Origin: Ramazzottius varieornatus
Taxonomy: Eukaryota; Animalia; Tardigrada
DNA: 64,000 nt
Assembly (NCBI GenBank): GCA_001949185.1
Contig: BDGG01000004.1
Span: forward strand, 4,001,777 to 4,065,776
Direction of reading: 5' to 3'
This document shows positions 59,701 through 64,000 of this stretch, one piece after another (the stretch's first letter is position 1; every line of letters starts with the position of its first letter). The notes under the pieces are model-generated. The model was not told the DNA's origin, did not search any database, and was given only the letters and a program-made list of their open reading frames with translations. The position numbers and the translations under genes are program-made.

Positions 59701-61790
59701 TTTGGATGGACCAGCCCTTCTTCGGCTAGATGAGATCGACTTTCTGGAACGAGACCCAATGAACGGCGCACAGTGGTATAGGGCCCTGCGCAAATTTGTC
59801 GACCGCCGTAAGTCCTTGCCTCTCTTCTTCCACTCTTACGTTGTTCTGATCTCAGAAAAAAGAATTTGTAAATCAAGTTTGCATACTACATTGTTGGTGG
59901 TTATTTTCTCTGCAGCTCAAGTGGGTATGTTCACACCGAAGATGGAGCCAGGAGAAACATCGCCATACGTAACTGATCCTCATGCCCCATTCCTCACATC
60001 ACAACAATCAAGTGGTACGAAGGCTGTTTTCGGTAAATCTTTTGAGTCTTTCACTCGAAAACAGTTTTAATTTGGTTAAAAATTTAAACCGTCTGGAAAA
60101 TTGGGAGTTTGACAAGCAAGCGACAGGGTCGGTTTTTCAAGTGGCGCACATTTCAGCCGTATTGGCCGACAGCGTGCGCCACTTGGCAAAGACAATCTTG
60201 GCCTCAGTATCTATATCTACATCTATATCGGGTTTGGTTTTTCTCGCCACTTCAGAGTCTCACAAGTTGCTAAATGCTTTGCTATGACTGAACATGTCTC
60301 TTTCTGTCAGCAGGCCCCTTCCACGACGACTACTCGGAATACATCCAAGAGTCCTTCACGAAGGACGAGTTTGACGACATTGATATAGCAGACTCGAGCG
60401 TCGTGTACGGAAATGGTCCTCAACAGCTTCACTACGCACCTTCTCATACTAGTCAGACGTTCAACGGAAACACCGTAGTTTTCCAGAACTTCTCACCCAT
60501 GAGCCTCTGTGGAACCAGCATGACTAGTGACGGAACGGAGACAGTCAAAACAGGTATGAGTCTTCCTTTTGTTAATACTATACATTACTAGATTTGGTGC
60601 TTTATCGCTGTGGCTGATTTTTTCGGGGTTGTAGATCTAGATTCCGACATGGAGAGTAGCCGAAGCTGCACTCGATCGTCTTACACGGACAACATGAGCG
60701 GACAAAGCCTGTCAAGCTACAACTTTGAAAGTGTCTCTCCTCGCTGGTCTTCTTCCAGCCCTGAAAGCTCCTCCTCCAAACGGCAGTTCAAGCCGAGTCC
60801 CAAATCCGAAAAGCTAAAGAAGTCGAGCAGCAAACACGGTAGGTTGCTTTCAATTTTTTGATCGAAAGTCCAACCCGGAAATCCTTGGAAGTTCATCGAT
60901 GTTTCTGCTGCAGGAACCAGAGGCAACCACTTGTGGGAGTTTGTCGTTAAGCTCCTGAAGAACCCTGTCCAGGACGGAAAGCAAATCATCAAATGGGAGA
61001 ACAAAGCAGAAGGTGTTTTCCGGTTCGTGGAGTCGGAGAAGGTCGCCAAGCTGTGGGGCCAACAGAAGGCCAATCCCCGAATGACGTACGAGAAACTGAG
61101 CCGTGCTATGAGGTAAGACCCAGTTTGCGCAGTATCTTTTATTCGTAACTCACGAAGGAAAATAGCAGTGCTCTCTTACAAAATTACCCTTCTGTAAACT
61201 GACGATACCGTCCTGGTTTTGCATGTTCTTTCTGAACTTGAATGGGATCTTGCTTCTCTTAACTTCGTGCGACTATGGAATGCTGCCTGTTTGCTTTTTG
61301 CACGATGCATGACTTCTTCTAACGAAAGCGTTCTCTTTCCTTCAGGACGTATTATGGTAGCAAGATCCTGGAACCGGTTGCCAAAAACGGGAGATATCCC
61401 AAGAAGCTTGTATATAAATTCGGGTCGAAAGTAAACTGGGCCTGAACCCTCTCCTTGTTGATCTTTTCTTGTTCCTTCTGATACCCTGTCTTATTACTCT
61501 GATACATTTTCTTGCTCTCCCTTCGCTTGCATGGACTTCAGTCCTCCAGACGTTTTCGCTGTTGCGCTCTTCTCGTGTCCGTTATCTCCGTACTGTTGTT
61601 TCGTCAGGATGGATCTTGCCAAAGCTGAACATGATATAAAACATCCCGGTGTCGTACAATATCTTCATTTGTTTCTTTCCTTCTGCGCAGATACTATTAC
61701 AAGAGCAGGATTCTTCTTCCAGTCATCGGCAGACGTCTGGTGTACCAGTTCGGACCAAAAGCCTCGGGTTGGCGCTCTTCGACCTGCTAG
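53747..61790 (+). CDS. ETS transcription factor of ESE/EHF type (PNT/SAM + ETS domain) with alternative first and last exons
   Basis: PNT domain: ICAWNPADVASFF...YGLDGPALLRLDEIDFLERDPMNGAQWYRAL. ETS domain: GNHLWEFVVKLLKNP...IIKWENKAEGVFRFVESEKVAKLWGQQKANPRMTYEKLSRAMR. Common exons start at 58914; terminal exons are 61346-61445 or 61691-61790. Confidence 0.92.
59332..59454. mobile_element. Palindromic MITE-like family A, copy 6 (ETS intron)
   Basis: tggggcgccggcaaacaatttgagcaagatcgtttcccaagtcgcgcac...acgcgtcacttgaaattacgatc...catttgccggcttctca. Confidence 0.7.
60102..60254. mobile_element. Palindromic MITE-like family A, copy 7 (ETS intron) with a (TATCTA)n-like insertion in the right arm
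   Basis: tgggagtttgacaagcaagcgac...tcaagtggcgcacatttcagccgtattggccgacagcgtgcgccacttgg...atcttggcc; perfect 12-bp stem CAAGTGGCGCAC/GTGCGCCACTTG. Confidence 0.75.
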
Positions 61791-62949
61791 TGAGCTAGTG
61801 CTAACTTCCTGGTATGTTATGGCTGGTTGTCGGGTTCCCGTGCGTTACCGGATGGTACGAGCCATTTAGAGAGTTCTTTGATTAAATTGGTTAAGTTCCC
61901 CGCCTCTATATAGTTTAGGATGTTAGTCATGTTATCTTTCCGTTCCATTGGAGTTCCTTCTAAAGTTCCCCGAAGTTTGCAAACTTATGCTCGCTTCTTT
62001 GTTGTTTGTTTTCTCCGCGGCATCATATTCAAGTTTCTTGTTATGTTTCGTGGTGGATAGGTCTTCTTGTTACTCTTTCTTGTTTCATACATGGTGGAAA
62101 ATAGTCGTTTTTAGAATCAACGCCCAGCGAGAATGACTGGAGTTTTGTGTTTCGTCTTACCATTTAAACTTGTGGTCTCTGGCCGGTACAAGAACAAATT
62201 AAAGCCTGATGGTTGTCTGGCTTGACAGTTTCCCGAAGGTCTTTCTGAATTACTCGTACGCAAAGCCGATAGCGCCGAGACTGGCAACAAAAACTAAAGC
62301 GTGAATATTCAACTTTCGATGGATGCGTAGTTTCTGGATCACCGTACAGGTGGAATGGTTCCTCATTGAAATCTTGTTTGCTGTACGTAGTATCGCTATC
62401 AGCTTTGATGTATTTGCCCTGACGGCTTTACGACATAGCGTTGGCTGGACTTTAGCCCCACTCGAACCACTCTGAGCAGGGCGAAGGTTCCCGAAGTTCG
62501 ACAGAGACGCACAGTCACTTGCAGTTGGACGGAACTATGAGAAATGTCCGGCGGTGCAGGACGAGCACATCGAGCCCAGGCCCATGAACTGAGCGAGCTG
62601 GAGAGCTGAGCATTGTACTACAGTTTTCTTCCATCTTTCCCGTTTAGAAAAATGAGTCTGCTGTTATCAGAGAGTGACGCATGTTTTATCGCAATTAAGG
62701 ACGGACATTTGTTTGGAGTTGACGCTTAAGGTAAACAGTGAGTGGGTTTATCACACCTGCGAACGGGTCTGATAAGGAATTCCGTATGTATTGTATCGCG
62801 AAACGAGAGCCACCGTCGGCACGTTGTTTCGGTTCAGCATTCCAACAACGTCGCTTGCCACTAGAACGTAGATCACAGTACTTCGCCAGAAAACAAAATA
62901 CTTCACGGGACAGGATTACTGGAATAACCGACGACCCAATCAACTCATC

Positions 62950-63932
62950 ATGGCCTTAGAGAAGAACCGGTATTACGTGGTCTCGAAGTTCATTCTGTTC
63001 TTCGTAACGATCCTATATTTCGTGAGTATAAATACATCTTTTTCGCTGCTCTCTGGCTTCCCGTTTGACTCTCGAGAAAAAAACTCACATTTCTCCTTAC
63101 AGATGTTCGGGGTTGTTCTCTTCGGATTATCCGTGTGGATTCTTGCCGATCCCAACCAAGGAAAATACGTACGACGTCTGAGACTTCGAGATGTACAAGC
63201 AGGAGCTGGAATAATTCTAACGTCCTCCATCCTGCTAGTTATCACCTCTTTTGTTGGATGCGCGGCTCTCAATGGTAGCAAAAAACCCAAAACGATGACT
63301 GCGGTAAGTGTTTATCGTTGTGCAGTCTCGGGTTGTCAAGAGTAGTCCACGAAGTGATCTGCTCCAGGAACCCAATTCACAACCGGAAGTCTGTCACATA
63401 GGCGGCGCCACTTTCGGCCTGGCTCGCTTCGTTTTACATGTAACATTCGCGGCTAATATATGGGATCACTATTTCTAGTACTTCGCTCTACAAATTATCA
63501 CCCTTATCCTTCTGTTCTCTGGATCCATATTCATGCTGGCGCGAACCAAAAGCTACCAGAGCGCTATCGACTGGGAGATCGAGCGTGCTGTGCTGGAATA
63601 CGACAACCGAGGACCCAACAGAGGAGAAGCTGAAGAGTTTCTTGACGTTCTCCAGACACATGTAAGGTTTACCAGGACGTTTTCATCGTCCCTTAGGTAT
63701 CTTTTTTCGTAGTACTTAAATGCGATATCATCGCAAATTTCGCGTTACAGCTGATGTGTTGTGGTGGAGAGTCTCCTAATGACTACCGCATCCGCGGGAT
63801 CCCAGAGTCTTGCCGACGTCCTTGGCTATCAGGAACCAGTCAGATGTGGGGCTGCAAGGAAGTCACCAAACGATGGATCAAGTACAACACCGATGCCACG
63901 GCGGGAGTCGGTCTGTTCGTCTGTTCTATGCT
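62950..63932 (+). CDS. Tetraspanin (3' end beyond the window)
   Basis: YYVVSKFILFFVTILYF|MFGVVLFGLSVWILAD...SFVGCAALNGSKK; large loop with LMCCGGESPNDY..IPESC..GC; four hydrophobic segments; exons 62950-63021, 63103-63303, 63479-63661 and 63751-63932. Confidence 0.9.
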
Positions 63933-64000
63933 GGTAAGAATGCGCAAGTCCGTGGTACACTAGATTTCCCATAGTTTCGATGATTGACCGGCATAACCCT

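Noticed and set aside
62456-62587. Possible third terminal exon for the ETS gene (PHSNHSEQG...SPGP*)
   Set aside because: No ETS similarity; it would need a weak donor inside exon A and has a poor pyrimidine tract.

Overview
Gene-dense eukaryotic (animal) DNA with short GT-AG introns and roughly balanced GC. It looks like a compact invertebrate genome; a tardigrade-like ecdysozoan is my guess, not something shown. Hand-splicing supports these conserved genes in order: C3orf33-like (+), a short HMMR-like coiled-coil protein (+), Nuclear factor I (-), a SLAIN-like SxIP protein (-), DOT1L (-), a TRPC/TRPgamma-type channel (+), THUMPD1 (+), FHIP1/FAM160A (-), INTS11 (+), MED30 (-), a RING + single-SH3 POSH/SH3RF-like protein (+), a PNT+ETS transcription factor of ESE/EHF type (+), and a tetraspanin running off the right end. 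Highlights: (1) the ETS gene has two intact alternative terminal exons, each completing the DNA-binding domain with a different recognition-helix residue and wing, plus two candidate alternative first exons; (2) a ~123-bp palindromic element family absent from the ORF track is present in at least 7 diverged copies, mostly intronic; (3) there are further MITE-like elements, truncated versions of HMMR and POSH, an LFW-to-LIW change in the TRPC pore helix, and three candidate spliced orphan genes lying head-to-head with housekeeping genes. No rRNA, tRNA, CRISPR or prokaryote-like genes were recognised. All homology calls come from remembered family motifs, not database searches.
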